A stretch of 64,000 nt of DNA from Polyangiales bacterium (lineage in GTDB: Bacteria; Myxococcota_A; Polyangia; Polyangiales; Ga0077539). A model generated the notes under the pieces. It saw only the letters and a program-made list of their open reading frames with translations, was not told the DNA's origin and ran no database searches. The stretch covers positions 259,101 to 323,100 of the forward strand of contig JAWKRB010000006.1 of assembly GCA_041389885.1 (NCBI GenBank), written 5' to 3'. The position numbers and the translations under genes are program-made. Positions 20,049 through 28,993 of the stretch are shown one piece after another (position 1 is the first letter of the stretch; every line of letters starts with the position of its first letter).

Positions 20049-21470
20049 TCAGGGCGAGACGCGGTGCTCTTCGCCGACCCGGCGGCCCTGGGCGTCGTAG
20101 CGGGCGAACCACACGTCCACGCCCCCGCCGCGCACGTCGGTCCACGCGATGCCGAACTCGCGGCCGTTCCACGCGACGCTGGGGAGGAGCCCCATGGAAT
20201 TGCGGGTGACCTGGGTGACGGCGCCCAGGGGCTTGCCCTCGCCGTCGAGCCGGGCGAGCCAGACGTCCAGGCCGTCGTCGCCGATGGTCGTCCACGCCAC
20301 CGCGTAGACCCCTCCGCCGAACGCGATCACGGGCTGCACCTGGAACCTGTCCCTCCGCGTGACCTCGCGGCGGGGCACGTCGACGCGGCCCGGCGACACC
20401 GCCGCGAAGGCCAGCCGGTTGAGGGGCGTGTCGTCGTCCTCGGCGGACATCTCGTCCTCCCAGATCACGCCGAAGTTCCTGCCCGACCACGCGAGGTTGG
20501 CGCTGCCGCACCGCTCGGCGCGCTGGGCGACCTTGAGCGGCGCCGAGGCCTCGCCGCCGGCGCCCACGCGGAGAAAGAGCGTCTCGGCGCGCTCGTCGCG
20601 CGGGATGTACGTGTTGAAGGCCACGCCGTACGCGTCGCCCGTGAACGCGAAGCCCAGCAGCCCGCTCGCGGCGAAGCGGCTGTGGAGGGTGGTGTCTCCG
20701 CCGACGCGGGCGCCGTCCTGGCCGTAGCGCGCGAAGCGCGCGCTCATCTGCGCCGCGACCGAGACGCCGTACCAGGCCGCGGCGTACTCGCGGCCGTTCC
20801 ACTCGACGCGCCCGCCGAAGTTGAAGCCGTCGCCGCCGAGGGTGATGGGCTGACCCTGCGCGGCGCCCTGCGCGTCGAGGCGGAGCACCCGCGTCGCGAG
20901 GTCGTTGTCGCCGATCTCGGTGTACGCGAGGGCGAAGCCCGCGGGGCCCGCGGCGAGGTCGGGCATGACCTTCACGGTGTCGGCGTTGGTGAGCCGACGC
21001 GCCGCGCCGACGCGCTTGCCGTCGGCCTGGAGCCGCGCGAACCAGACGTCGAGCCGCTCGTCTTCGATGCCGAGGAACGACAGCGCCCAGCCGTCGGCGG
21101 TGGGCGTGAGCGTCGGGGAGATCCACGCGTCGGCGTCGTCGGCGGCGGCGCGGAGGACGCGCGCGCTCATCCCCGTGACATCGACGCAGCGCTCGCCCGC
21201 GCCGCAGGTCAGGTCGCTGGCGCAGAAGGTCCCCGAGCGCGCGCACTGCCCCCCGGCGACGAGGATCGCGCGGGCGGGGCGTCGCGTCGCGGCGCGGGCG
21301 GGCTGAGGGTGCGGCGTCGGCGCGGCGCCGCGGGTCATCGCGAAGGGCGCGCTCAGGCCCAGGGCCGCGACGCAGAGACCGAGGGTCCTCCAGCGCCGGG
21401 GGTTGCGCGAGCGGTCGAGGCGCGCGAGGTGAAGGAGCATTCCAGCGATCGAGGTGGGACGACGGGACAT
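20049..21470 (-). CDS. Secreted repeat protein with W-x-G-R/W-x-G-x-x-F/Y-x-x-x-W motifs (beta-propeller-like)
   Basis: Internal repeats WNGREYAAAW / WSGRNFGVIW / AFGGGVYAVAW / WNGREFGIAW, each followed by DVWFARL-type strands. Paralogue at 35912..37195. Confidence 0.5.
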   Translation of the reverse strand: MSRRPTSIAGMLLHLARLDRSRNPRRWRTLGLCVAALGLSAPFAMTRGAAPTPHPQPARAATRRPARAILVAGGQCARSGTFCASDLTCGAGERCVDVTGMSARVLRAAADDADAWISPTLTPTADGWALSFLGIEDERLDVWFARLQADGKRVGAARRLTNADTVKVMPDLAAGPAGFALAYTEIGDNDLATRVLRLDAQGAAQGQPITLGGDGFNFGGRVEWNGREYAAAWYGVSVAAQMSARFARYGQDGARVGGDTTLHSRFAASGLLGFAFTGDAYGVAFNTYIPRDERAETLFLRVGAGGEASAPLKVAQRAERCGSANLAWSGRNFGVIWEDEMSAEDDDTPLNRLAFAAVSPGRVDVPRREVTRRDRFQVQPVIAFGGGVYAVAWTTIGDDGLDVWLARLDGEGKPLGAVTQVTRNSMGLLPSVAWNGREFGIAWTDVRGGGVDVWFARYDAQGRRVGEEHRVSP

Positions 21471-21586
21471 AGCGTGTGTTGCCTCCAGGAGGAGCGCCGG
21501 CGGGCACCGGGGGGCCCGGACGCCGTGGCTCGCAACGATACAGCGCCGCGCGCGGGACGCCAGCGTGGTAGAAGCATCCCACCGCC

Positions 21587-22426
21587 GTGAACGCCGATCG
21601 CGACCTCTCCCTTCGTGCCATGACCGACGACGGCTCGCTCCGCGTGATCGTCGTCGACGTGACTGAGACCGTGCGCGAGTCTGCTCGCGCCCAGCGCGCT
21701 GACGCCGCCGAGGCGAAGTGGCTCGGAGACCTGATCGCCGGCACCGTCATGATCCGCGAGACGATGTCGCCCGACCTGCGCGTGCAGGGGATCCTTCAGA
21801 TCGGCGCGGGCGCCTTCGTCGCCGACTCGCACCCCGACGGGGGCAGCCGGGGGCTGATCCAGCGCGGCTCGAAGGCCTCGTCCGCCGACGGCGCGCGGCT
21901 CCAGATGATGCGCACGCTCCCGCGGGGCAGCGTGCAGCAGGGGATCGTTCGCGTCGACGAGCGCGTCGGGGTCTCCGACGCGCTCATGCGCTACCTCCAG
22001 CACAGCGAGCAGGTCGAGTCGGCGCTGGCGGTCTCGACGCTGGTGCAGGGCGGCGAGGTGATCGCGGCCGGGGGCTACCTGATCCAGCTCCTCCCCGAGC
22101 TCGACGAGGCGACCCTCGCGCTCGTCACGGCGCGCCTGCAGGCCTTTCCGACGATGGAGGCGCTGCAGGGGGGCGCGGCCACCGTCGACGGGGTGATGGC
22201 CATGCTGCTCGAGCACCTGCCCTTCACCGAGCTGGCCCGGGGGCCGCTCCGCTTTCAGTGCCGCTGCGATCGGGCGCGGCTCATCCAGGCGCTCGCGTCG
22301 GTCGGGCGCGGCGAGCTCGAGTCGATGATCGCCGAGGCCAAGCCGCTCGAGATCGGCTGCGACTACTGCAACGCGCAGTACACCCTCGAGGTGAGCGAGC
22401 TGATCCCGCTGCTTCAGCCCAACTGA
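21587..22426 (+). CDS. hslO: Hsp33 redox-regulated chaperone
   Basis: C-terminal zinc centre CRCDR...CDYCN plus an Hsp33 N-terminal domain. Alternative start at 21620. Confidence 0.75.
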   Translation: MNADRDLSLRAMTDDGSLRVIVVDVTETVRESARAQRADAAEAKWLGDLIAGTVMIRETMSPDLRVQGILQIGAGAFVADSHPDGGSRGLIQRGSKASSADGARLQMMRTLPRGSVQQGIVRVDERVGVSDALMRYLQHSEQVESALAVSTLVQGGEVIAAGGYLIQLLPELDEATLALVTARLQAFPTMEALQGGAATVDGVMAMLLEHLPFTELARGPLRFQCRCDRARLIQALASVGRGELESMIAEAKPLEIGCDYCNAQYTLEVSELIPLLQPN

Positions 22427-22435
22427 CCCTGACGC

Positions 22436-23821
22436 TCAGCCGTCGTCGTCGCTCACGAAGGTCTCGACCTCGGTGAGCCGCGCGTCGATCTCGCTGAAGC
22501 GCTCGGCGAGGCTCCGCACGAAGCGCCCGAGCCACGCGTTGGCGCCGAGCTGCTCGGTGATCGACTCGCGGGTGAGCTCATAGGCGGTCACGGCGTCGAC
22601 GGCTTGAATGCTCGCGCTCCTCGGTCGGTTGGTGAGCACCGCGGTCTCGCCGAAGACGTCACCGGGACCGAGGTGGCGAAGGGTGCGCCGACGACCGTCG
22701 ACGGTCTTGAACACCTCGCAGTGGCCCGCCGTCACGATGTACGCGGTGACGCCAGGCTCGCCCTCGGCGACGATCATCTCGCCCGGCGCCCACTTGCGCA
22801 GCACGAAGCGGTCGGTCCCGCGGACGTAGCGCTCGATGTCCGCGCGGAGCTCGGCGACGGAGCCGTAGCGGTCGGCGGGCGAGGGCGCGAGGGCCTTCAT
22901 CGCGATGCGCGCCAGGGCGGGCGGGTAGTCGCCCTCGGCGACGACCTCGTCGATCGGGGTGACGTCGCCGCGGGTGGCGCGGAACACGGTCTCCCAGTAC
23001 GAGCCGCCGCCGTGCGGGGTGCAGCGGGTGATCATCTCGTAGAGCACGCCGCCGAGGAGGTACACGTCGGTGCGCGAGTCGATGTCGCGACGGTCGCCGG
23101 AGGACTGCTCGGGCGCGGCGTACGCGGGCGTGCCGACGAGGGTCTTTCGACCGCTGGGCTGCACCACGGAGCTGCGGGGATCGTCGACATCGAGGTGCCC
23201 GGCCGCGAGATCGGCGGCCTCGCCCCTCGGGTCGAGCCGCGCCATGCCCCAGTCCATGAGGTAGACCTGTCCGAAGGAGCCGACCATGATGTTCTGCGGC
23301 TTGATGTCGCCGTGGATCACCCCTCGGTTGTGCGCGAACGCGACGGCGTCGCAGACCTTGAGCAGCGCGTCGAGGAGCCCGTCGAGGCGGCCGCTGCGAA
23401 AGGGGAGCACCTCGTCTCGGTGGATCTCTCCCTCGAGGGTCTCGCCCGCGACGAGCTTCATCACGAAGTAGTGGCGCCCCGAGGCGTCGACCCCGAGCTC
23501 GTGCACCGGCACGATGTTCGGGTGGTCGAGCTGGCCGGTCACGCGGGCCTCGGCGATGAAGCGGTGCACCGCGTCGGAGTTCGTCTCGAGGGCGTCGTGG
23601 AGCACCTTCATCGCGACGCGACGCTGGAGCTCCTTGTCGATCACCCGGTGCACCGCGCCCATGCCACCGCGGCCGAGCACGCCGTCTTCGTCGAAGCGCA
23701 GCGACGCGCTCCGCAGCGGGACCGACCCGCCGCCCTCGGACTCGGCAGGCGCCAGGACCGTGTCGGTGTGGCGCGCGCTCAGGTGCTGCTTCGACTGTCG
23801 TTCGTCCGACACTGCACGCAC
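22436..23821 (-). CDS. Ser/Thr protein kinase fused to a C-terminal cyclic-nucleotide-binding (cNMP) domain
   Basis: Kinase motifs GRGGMGAVH, AMKVL, HGDIKPQNIMV, DWG. C-terminal cNMP fold FGETAVL...RSASIQA. Confidence 0.75.
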   Translation of the reverse strand: MRAVSDERQSKQHLSARHTDTVLAPAESEGGGSVPLRSASLRFDEDGVLGRGGMGAVHRVIDKELQRRVAMKVLHDALETNSDAVHRFIAEARVTGQLDHPNIVPVHELGVDASGRHYFVMKLVAGETLEGEIHRDEVLPFRSGRLDGLLDALLKVCDAVAFAHNRGVIHGDIKPQNIMVGSFGQVYLMDWGMARLDPRGEAADLAAGHLDVDDPRSSVVQPSGRKTLVGTPAYAAPEQSSGDRRDIDSRTDVYLLGGVLYEMITRCTPHGGGSYWETVFRATRGDVTPIDEVVAEGDYPPALARIAMKALAPSPADRYGSVAELRADIERYVRGTDRFVLRKWAPGEMIVAEGEPGVTAYIVTAGHCEVFKTVDGRRRTLRHLGPGDVFGETAVLTNRPRSASIQAVDAVTAYELTRESITEQLGANAWLGRFVRSLAERFSEIDARLTEVETFVSDDDG

Positions 23822-23869
23822 TTTTACGCGCGGGCCGGGGACGGCACAAGGGACCGAGGCGCTCGCGGG

Positions 23870-25030
23870 TCAGTCGAGGAACGAGGCGTGGTAGCCCGCG
23901 TCTTCGATGCCCGCGGCCGCGGCGGTGAGCTCGAGCGGGGCGAAGGTGTCGAGCATCACCGCCAGCTCCGAGGTCTCACAGCTGCCGATCGACGCCTCGT
24001 AGGCGCCGGGGTGCGGCCCGTGCGGGATGCCCATCGGGTGCAGGCTCACGCTGCCGGGCCCGACGCCGCGGCGCGAGGTGAAGTTCCCGCTGCAGTAGAA
24101 GAGGATCTCGTCGCAATCCACGCTGCTGTGGGGGTAGGGGCAGGGGATCGCCTCGGGGTGGAAATCGACCAGCCGCGGCACGAAGGAGCAGATCAGCGCG
24201 CCGCGTGTCGCGAAGGTGCCGTGCCAGGTCGGCGGCAGGTGCACGGTGCTCACCCGCGGCTGAAAATCGAGGATCGCGAAGGCCCAGGGGTAGCTGGTGC
24301 CGTCCCACCCGACGACGTCGAGCGGGCTGTGCTTCGAGCGCATGCCGTGGAACACCCCCCGGCGCTTGACCACCGTCTCGCGAATGCCTTCGTCGCGAGG
24401 GCCCTCGAAGACCGGGCGACGGAAGTCGCGGTGGCAGTAGGGCGCGTCCATGCGGAGCTGCCCCGTGGCGTTGCGCCACTGACGAGGGAGGTGCAGCCCG
24501 CCGAGGCACTCGACGCTCACCCAGTGCTGCTCGACCCCCGCGTCGACGAGGATGCGATGGGCGACCCCCTTGGGCACGTAGACGTAGTCCCCCTCGCCGA
24601 AGCGCACGTCCCCGAGGGTCGAGCGCACGGTGCCCCCGCCTCGAAAGACGTAGAACAGGTCGTCCGCGTCGCCGTTGACGAAGTACACCGGGTCGTCTCG
24701 ATCGGGCTTGAGCACGCCGAAGACCAGGTCGCCGTTGAACGCCAGCGGGACGCGCGCGTCGAGGGGCGCGCCGCCTCCAGACGGGAGCGCCAGCGTGAGC
24801 AGGTGACGCTTCGCCAGCGGCATCGGCGGCAGGGCGACGGGCGGCGCCCAGCCGTGGCGGGTGGGGGAGTGCGACTGCGCCTGCGGTCGGTGGAGGTGGT
24901 ACGCGAGGGTGTAGGGGCCGTCGAAGCCCTCGCGGGTGATGCACTCCTCGTAACGGAGCGCGCCGTCGGCGCCGCGGAGCTGGATATGGTGCTTGCGCGG
25001 GAGCTCGCCCGCGGACGTTCGATCGAGCAT
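23870..25030 (-). CDS. hmgA: Homogentisate 1,2-dioxygenase (short bacterial cupin type)
   Basis: HSPLDVVGWDG and PHGP motifs with cupin His residues. Operon context with maiA and FAH. The alternative antisense or other-frame ORFs are nonsense. Confidence 0.65.
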   Translation of the reverse strand: MLDRTSAGELPRKHHIQLRGADGALRYEECITREGFDGPYTLAYHLHRPQAQSHSPTRHGWAPPVALPPMPLAKRHLLTLALPSGGGAPLDARVPLAFNGDLVFGVLKPDRDDPVYFVNGDADDLFYVFRGGGTVRSTLGDVRFGEGDYVYVPKGVAHRILVDAGVEQHWVSVECLGGLHLPRQWRNATGQLRMDAPYCHRDFRRPVFEGPRDEGIRETVVKRRGVFHGMRSKHSPLDVVGWDGTSYPWAFAILDFQPRVSTVHLPPTWHGTFATRGALICSFVPRLVDFHPEAIPCPYPHSSVDCDEILFYCSGNFTSRRGVGPGSVSLHPMGIPHGPHPGAYEASIGSCETSELAVMLDTFAPLELTAAAAGIEDAGYHASFLD

Positions 25031-25061
25031 CGGGTCAACGCTCCCAGGCAGGAGTCGGGGA

Positions 25062-25709
25062 TCAGCCCTTCACCGCGTCGGGCTGCGCGTCGGGGTGCGC
25101 GGCCTGAAACGCGGCCATCGCGGCGCAGCGCGCCTCGACGCGCAGGAGGGTGGGAAAGTCGTCGAGGTCGACGCCGAAGCGCCGACACCCGAACAGCTGC
25201 GGCACCAGGCACACATCGGCCAGCGTCGGGGCGTCGCCGACGAGAAAGTCGCCCGCGGTCTGCGCCGCCGCCGCCTCGAGCGCGCGGGTGCCCCGGATCA
25301 GGAAGTGCCGGGTGAACGCCGCCGCGTCTCCCTTGAGCTCGTCGCGAATGAAGCGCTGCGCCTCGAGGTTCTGCATCGGCTGCATCCCTGCGTTGACGAT
25401 CTCGGCCAGGCTCCGCGCGCGCGCGCGCAGGAAGGGGTCGGCGGGGAGCAGCGGGGGTGAGGGGTGGGTCTCGTCGAGCCACTCCAAGATCGGCAGCGAC
25501 TGCGACAGCACGCGGGCCTCGCCGTCGTGCGACCACACCAGGGTGGGGACCTGCATCATCGGGTTGAGCGCGCGGTACGCGTCGCCGCGCTGCGCGCCCC
25601 CGTCGGCCACGAGGTTCACGGCGACGTACTCGTAGTCGATCCCCTTGAGCGCCAGGCCGATGCGCACGCGCCAGGACGCGGAGCTGCGCCAGTACCCGTA
25701 GAGCTTCAT
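25062..25709 (-). CDS. maiA: Maleylacetoacetate isomerase (GST zeta class)
   Basis: MKLYGYWRSSASWRVRIGLALKGIDYEYVAVNL...QVPTL zeta-GST signature. ATGA overlap with the FAH gene. Confidence 0.75.
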   Translation of the reverse strand: MKLYGYWRSSASWRVRIGLALKGIDYEYVAVNLVADGGAQRGDAYRALNPMMQVPTLVWSHDGEARVLSQSLPILEWLDETHPSPPLLPADPFLRARARSLAEIVNAGMQPMQNLEAQRFIRDELKGDAAAFTRHFLIRGTRALEAAAAQTAGDFLVGDAPTLADVCLVPQLFGCRRFGVDLDDFPTLLRVEARCAAMAAFQAAHPDAQPDAVKG

Positions 25710-26683
25710 CGCGCCTCCACGCGCTGACGAATCTCGCCGAAGATCGACCGCCCGGCGGGGTCGAGCATCTCGATGGCCACCTCGTCGCCGTCCTTCAGAA
25801 AGGGCGTGACCGCCGCGCCGCCGTCGATGATCTCGATCATGCGACGCTCGGCCAGGCACGAGATGCCGCGGGCTCGGTCCTCGTTCGACACCGTGCCGCT
25901 GCCGAGGATCGTGCCGGCCGTGTACGCCCGCGTGCGCGCGATGTGCTCGACCAGCTCGAAGAAGCTGAAGTGCATCTCCGGGCCGGCGTGGGGGTCACCC
26001 ACCAGCGCGCCGTTCAGCGTCACGCGCAGGGGGAGGTGCAGCCGCCCGCCGTGCCAGGCCTCGCCCAGCTCGTCTGGGGTCACCGCGAAGGGCGAGAAGG
26101 CGCTCGCGGGCTTGGACTGAAAGAACCCGAAGCCCTTCGCCAGCTCGTTCGGGATCAGGTTGCGCAGCGTGCAGTCGTTCACCAGCATCACGAGGCGCAC
26201 GTGCGCCCCGGCCTCGCTGGCCCGGGTGCCCTGCGGCGTGTCTCCGAGGATCACCGCGACCTCGCCCTCGAAGTCGAGGCCCCAGGACGGGTCGGCCAGG
26301 GGGATCGGCTGGGTCGGCGCGAGGAGCACCCCGCTGCCCCCCTGGTAGACCAGAGGGTCTGACTCGAGCGTCGGAGGGGGCTCGGCGCCGCGGGCCTTGC
26401 GCACCAGGCGCACGTGGTTGAGGTAGGCCGACCCGTCGACCCACTCGTAGGCTCGGGGCAGGGGGCTGTGCAGCGCCGAGACATCGAGCGGGCGCGAGTC
26501 GGCGACGCCCGCGGCGAGGTCGCGCGCGAGGGCCTCGAGCCGTGGAGAGAGCGCCTCCCAGTCGTCGAGCGCCGCCTGCAGCGTCGGGGCGATCTGCCCC
26601 GCGCTCGCGCAGCGGAGGCCGTCGGGAGAGACGACGAGGAGCGCGCCGTCGCGCGAGCCATTTCGAAGCGTCGCTAGCCGCAT
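25706..26683 (-). CDS. Fumarylacetoacetate hydrolase (FAH)-family protein, putative fumarylacetoacetase
   Basis: ATG at 26683 in frame within a long artefactual ORF. FAH-fold motifs (GDEVAIE..G, MLVNDCTLRN). Completes the homogentisate pathway with hmgA and maiA. Confidence 0.7.
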   Translation of the reverse strand: MRLATLRNGSRDGALLVVSPDGLRCASAGQIAPTLQAALDDWEALSPRLEALARDLAAGVADSRPLDVSALHSPLPRAYEWVDGSAYLNHVRLVRKARGAEPPPTLESDPLVYQGGSGVLLAPTQPIPLADPSWGLDFEGEVAVILGDTPQGTRASEAGAHVRLVMLVNDCTLRNLIPNELAKGFGFFQSKPASAFSPFAVTPDELGEAWHGGRLHLPLRVTLNGALVGDPHAGPEMHFSFFELVEHIARTRAYTAGTILGSGTVSNEDRARGISCLAERRMIEIIDGGAAVTPFLKDGDEVAIEMLDPAGRSIFGEIRQRVEAR

Positions 26684-26767
26684 GAAGCCGAAGGGGGTAG
26701 CACGCCCGCCGCTCGGGCGACAACCGCCGGTGGTGCGTCCGCGGCGCGAGGTGTTACGACTGCGCGG

Positions 26768-28345
26768 GTGCGGGTGCCGCTCCATATCAAGCTGGTGATC
26801 AGCTACATCCTGGTGGTGGGCCTCGCGCTCGTGCCCACCGCGGTCTACCTCCGCACGTCGCTGCAGAAGGAGCAGGTCGCGAGCGTTCGCCAGCAGCTCC
26901 GCGCCGACCTCACGGTGCTCTGCGGGAGGCTCCGGAGCGGGTCGCCGGCCGAGCTCGCCGCGCGAGCGGGCGCGTTTCGCTTCTCGGTGCTCACCCGCGT
27001 CACCGTGATGAACGCCTCGGGCGACGTGCTGGTCGACTCGGAGCGCCCCGACGTATCGCTCCCGAACCACGGAGACCGCGCGGAGTATCGAGACGCGCTG
27101 GCGAGGGGCGAGGGCTCGGCCGAGCGCGTCAGCGCGACCACCGGTCGGCGCATGCTCTACGTCGCGCGGCGCTGCGGGGACGCGGGCGCGCAGGCCTCCG
27201 TCGCGCGCCTCGCGGTGCGCCTCGACGGCATCGAGAGCGGCCGCGCGAAGATCGAGGGCGTGCTGCGCAACGCGGGCGCCGTGGCGCTCTCCGCGGCCGT
27301 GCTCCTCGGGCTGGTCGCGGCCCTCGTGGCCGTGCGGCCGCTGCGCGCCATCGCCTCGGCCGCGCACGCCATCGCGAAGGGAGATTTCGGCACCTCGCTG
27401 AGCGTCCACACGGGCGACGAGATCGAAGAGGTCGCGCACGCGATCAACTCGGTGGTCGACATGCTGCGCGACCGGCTGGTGGCCAGCGGCGCCGAGCGCG
27501 CGACGACCCAGGCGCTCCTCGACGAGCTGCCCGTGGGGGTGGTGGTGTACGACGCCGATCGACAGCCTACGCGGCTCAACCCCGCCGCGAGGCTGCTCTG
27601 CGGGCTCGAGCCCAACGTCGAGTCGGTGCGCTGCGCGGAGCTCGCTCGCCTCCCTGGGCAGCGCGCCGCGATGGAGCGCGCGGCGGTCGAGGCCAGGGGA
27701 GAGCCCGTCGCGCTGACGCTCCCGTGGATGCCCTCGGCGCGGCTCCGCGCGCGCTGGGTGCGCGTCTACGACGACGGCGGCGGCGACACCGCGGCGGTGA
27801 TCCTCGCGGACGCGTCGATCGAGCTCGCGCTGGAGGAGCGCGGCGCTCGGTTGCGGGAGGCCGCCTCGGCGCTCCGCCGCGTGGCGTCTTCGATCGCCGA
27901 CCCGATCGAGGCCACGTCGCTCCACCGCCTCGCCGACCGCTGCGGGGAGGTGGCCTCCTCGGGCGCTCCCGACGCGCCGCTGAGGGTCGAGGCCCTGGGC
28001 GCGCTCATCGACCGCGCGTGGTCCGAGCTCGGCGCGGTCGGCGGCGGCAGGGCGGTCGAGGTCGCGGGCGACGGCGCGGTCGACGTGTCGGTGGCCGAGC
28101 GAGGTGAGCGCTGCCTCGACGCGCTGCGCTCGCTGCTCCGCTGGGCGGCGGAGCCCCCTGGTGAGAGCGGGGTCGAGCTGAGGGTCACGCACGAGGGGGC
28201 GACGGTGCGCGTGAGCGCGAGGCGGCCCCTCGGGAGCGACGAGCCCTTCTTCGCCGCGCGGGCGCTCCGGGCGCTCTCGGGCGACGCGGGCCAGCGATTC
28301 GGAGAGGACCATGAAGAGCGCTGGCTCTCCCTCCCCTGCGCCTAG
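26768..28345 (+). CDS. Membrane sensor with HAMP domain and a degenerate histidine-kinase-like C-terminus (no clear H-box Asn/His)
   Basis: N-terminal TM, periplasmic-like region, second TM, HAMP (VRPLRAIASAAHAIAKGDFGTSLSVHTGDEIEEVAHAINSVVDMLRDRL). C-terminus resembles HATPase but lacks the N-box Asn. Confidence 0.55.
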   Translation: MRVPLHIKLVISYILVVGLALVPTAVYLRTSLQKEQVASVRQQLRADLTVLCGRLRSGSPAELAARAGAFRFSVLTRVTVMNASGDVLVDSERPDVSLPNHGDRAEYRDALARGEGSAERVSATTGRRMLYVARRCGDAGAQASVARLAVRLDGIESGRAKIEGVLRNAGAVALSAAVLLGLVAALVAVRPLRAIASAAHAIAKGDFGTSLSVHTGDEIEEVAHAINSVVDMLRDRLVASGAERATTQALLDELPVGVVVYDADRQPTRLNPAARLLCGLEPNVESVRCAELARLPGQRAAMERAAVEARGEPVALTLPWMPSARLRARWVRVYDDGGGDTAAVILADASIELALEERGARLREAASALRRVASSIADPIEATSLHRLADRCGEVASSGAPDAPLRVEALGALIDRAWSELGAVGGGRAVEVAGDGAVDVSVAERGERCLDALRSLLRWAAEPPGESGVELRVTHEGATVRVSARRPLGSDEPFFAARALRALSGDAGQRFGEDHEERWLSLPCA

Positions 28346-28955
28346 CGGCGGGCGCTCGACCGCGCGCTCCAAGCCGGGGCGTCGCAAGCGCGAGGGGCTC
28401 GTCGTGCAGGCCGAGGTGCACGACCGCCACCAGCTCGAGCTCCGCTTCAACCACCCCCTCGACGACGAGGGCGGCTGGCGCCTCGACATCGACGCGTTCT
28501 TCTTCGTCCCGCGCAACGTGGGCCTCAACCCCGGCAACTATTCGCGCGAGCAGTTCTACGCAGATTTCACCGCCCTGATGCGGGTCGACGCGCAGCCCAT
28601 CCCCCTGGACGTGCTCGCCGACGAGGGCGACCCCGCGTCGCCGCTCTACCGCTTCGTCGAGGCGCTGGAGCGCGCGCGGCGCGAGGCGCGTCCGCCCCCG
28701 ATGAGCCCGGTGAGCGTGCAGATTCGTCTCTTCGCGAACCTCTTTGCCACAGGCGTTCGAGAGGAGCTGCGGCGGCTCGAGCGCGCCCTCGAGCGAGAGC
28801 TCGGCGAGGCGGGGCTCTTTCGCGCCCGTCGTCTGAGCTCGCGGACGAGTCGACCCGACCTTCGCTCGAGCGCTCGTTCGAGGCCGACTCCGTCTCCGCG
28901 CGCTGAACCGCGCGGGGGGCGCTCTGGGCGTTTCCGCAAGGTCCGCGCGCGCTGA
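28311..28955 (+). CDS. Hypothetical protein; the C-terminal ~40 aa look out of frame (possible frameshift near 28820-28830)
   Basis: The first ~170 aa have protein-like composition and then degenerate into an R/S/P tail. An alternative frame gives acidic ...SELADESTRPSLERSFEADSVSAR* ending at 28906. Confidence 0.35.
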   Translation: MKSAGSPSPAPSGGRSTARSKPGRRKREGLVVQAEVHDRHQLELRFNHPLDDEGGWRLDIDAFFFVPRNVGLNPGNYSREQFYADFTALMRVDAQPIPLDVLADEGDPASPLYRFVEALERARREARPPPMSPVSVQIRLFANLFATGVREELRRLERALERELGEAGLFRARRLSSRTSRPDLRSSARSRPTPSPRAEPRGGRSGRFRKVRAR

Positions 28956-28993
28956 GGCCCTTCGAGCGCCTCTGCCCGCAGCAGCTCGCCGAC

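Noticed and set aside
24517-25536. Alternative 339-aa ORF overlapping hmgA/maiA in another frame
   Set aside because: The translation is poly-Arg/Ala with no motifs. The hmgA and maiA frames carry the recognisable family signatures.
25706-28537. 943-aa minus-strand ORF spanning the FAH gene and the region antisense to the HAMP sensor
   Set aside because: Only the C-terminal 325 aa (from ATG 26683) have an FAH-family fold. The upstream part is antisense to the HAMP sensor gene and is low-complexity.
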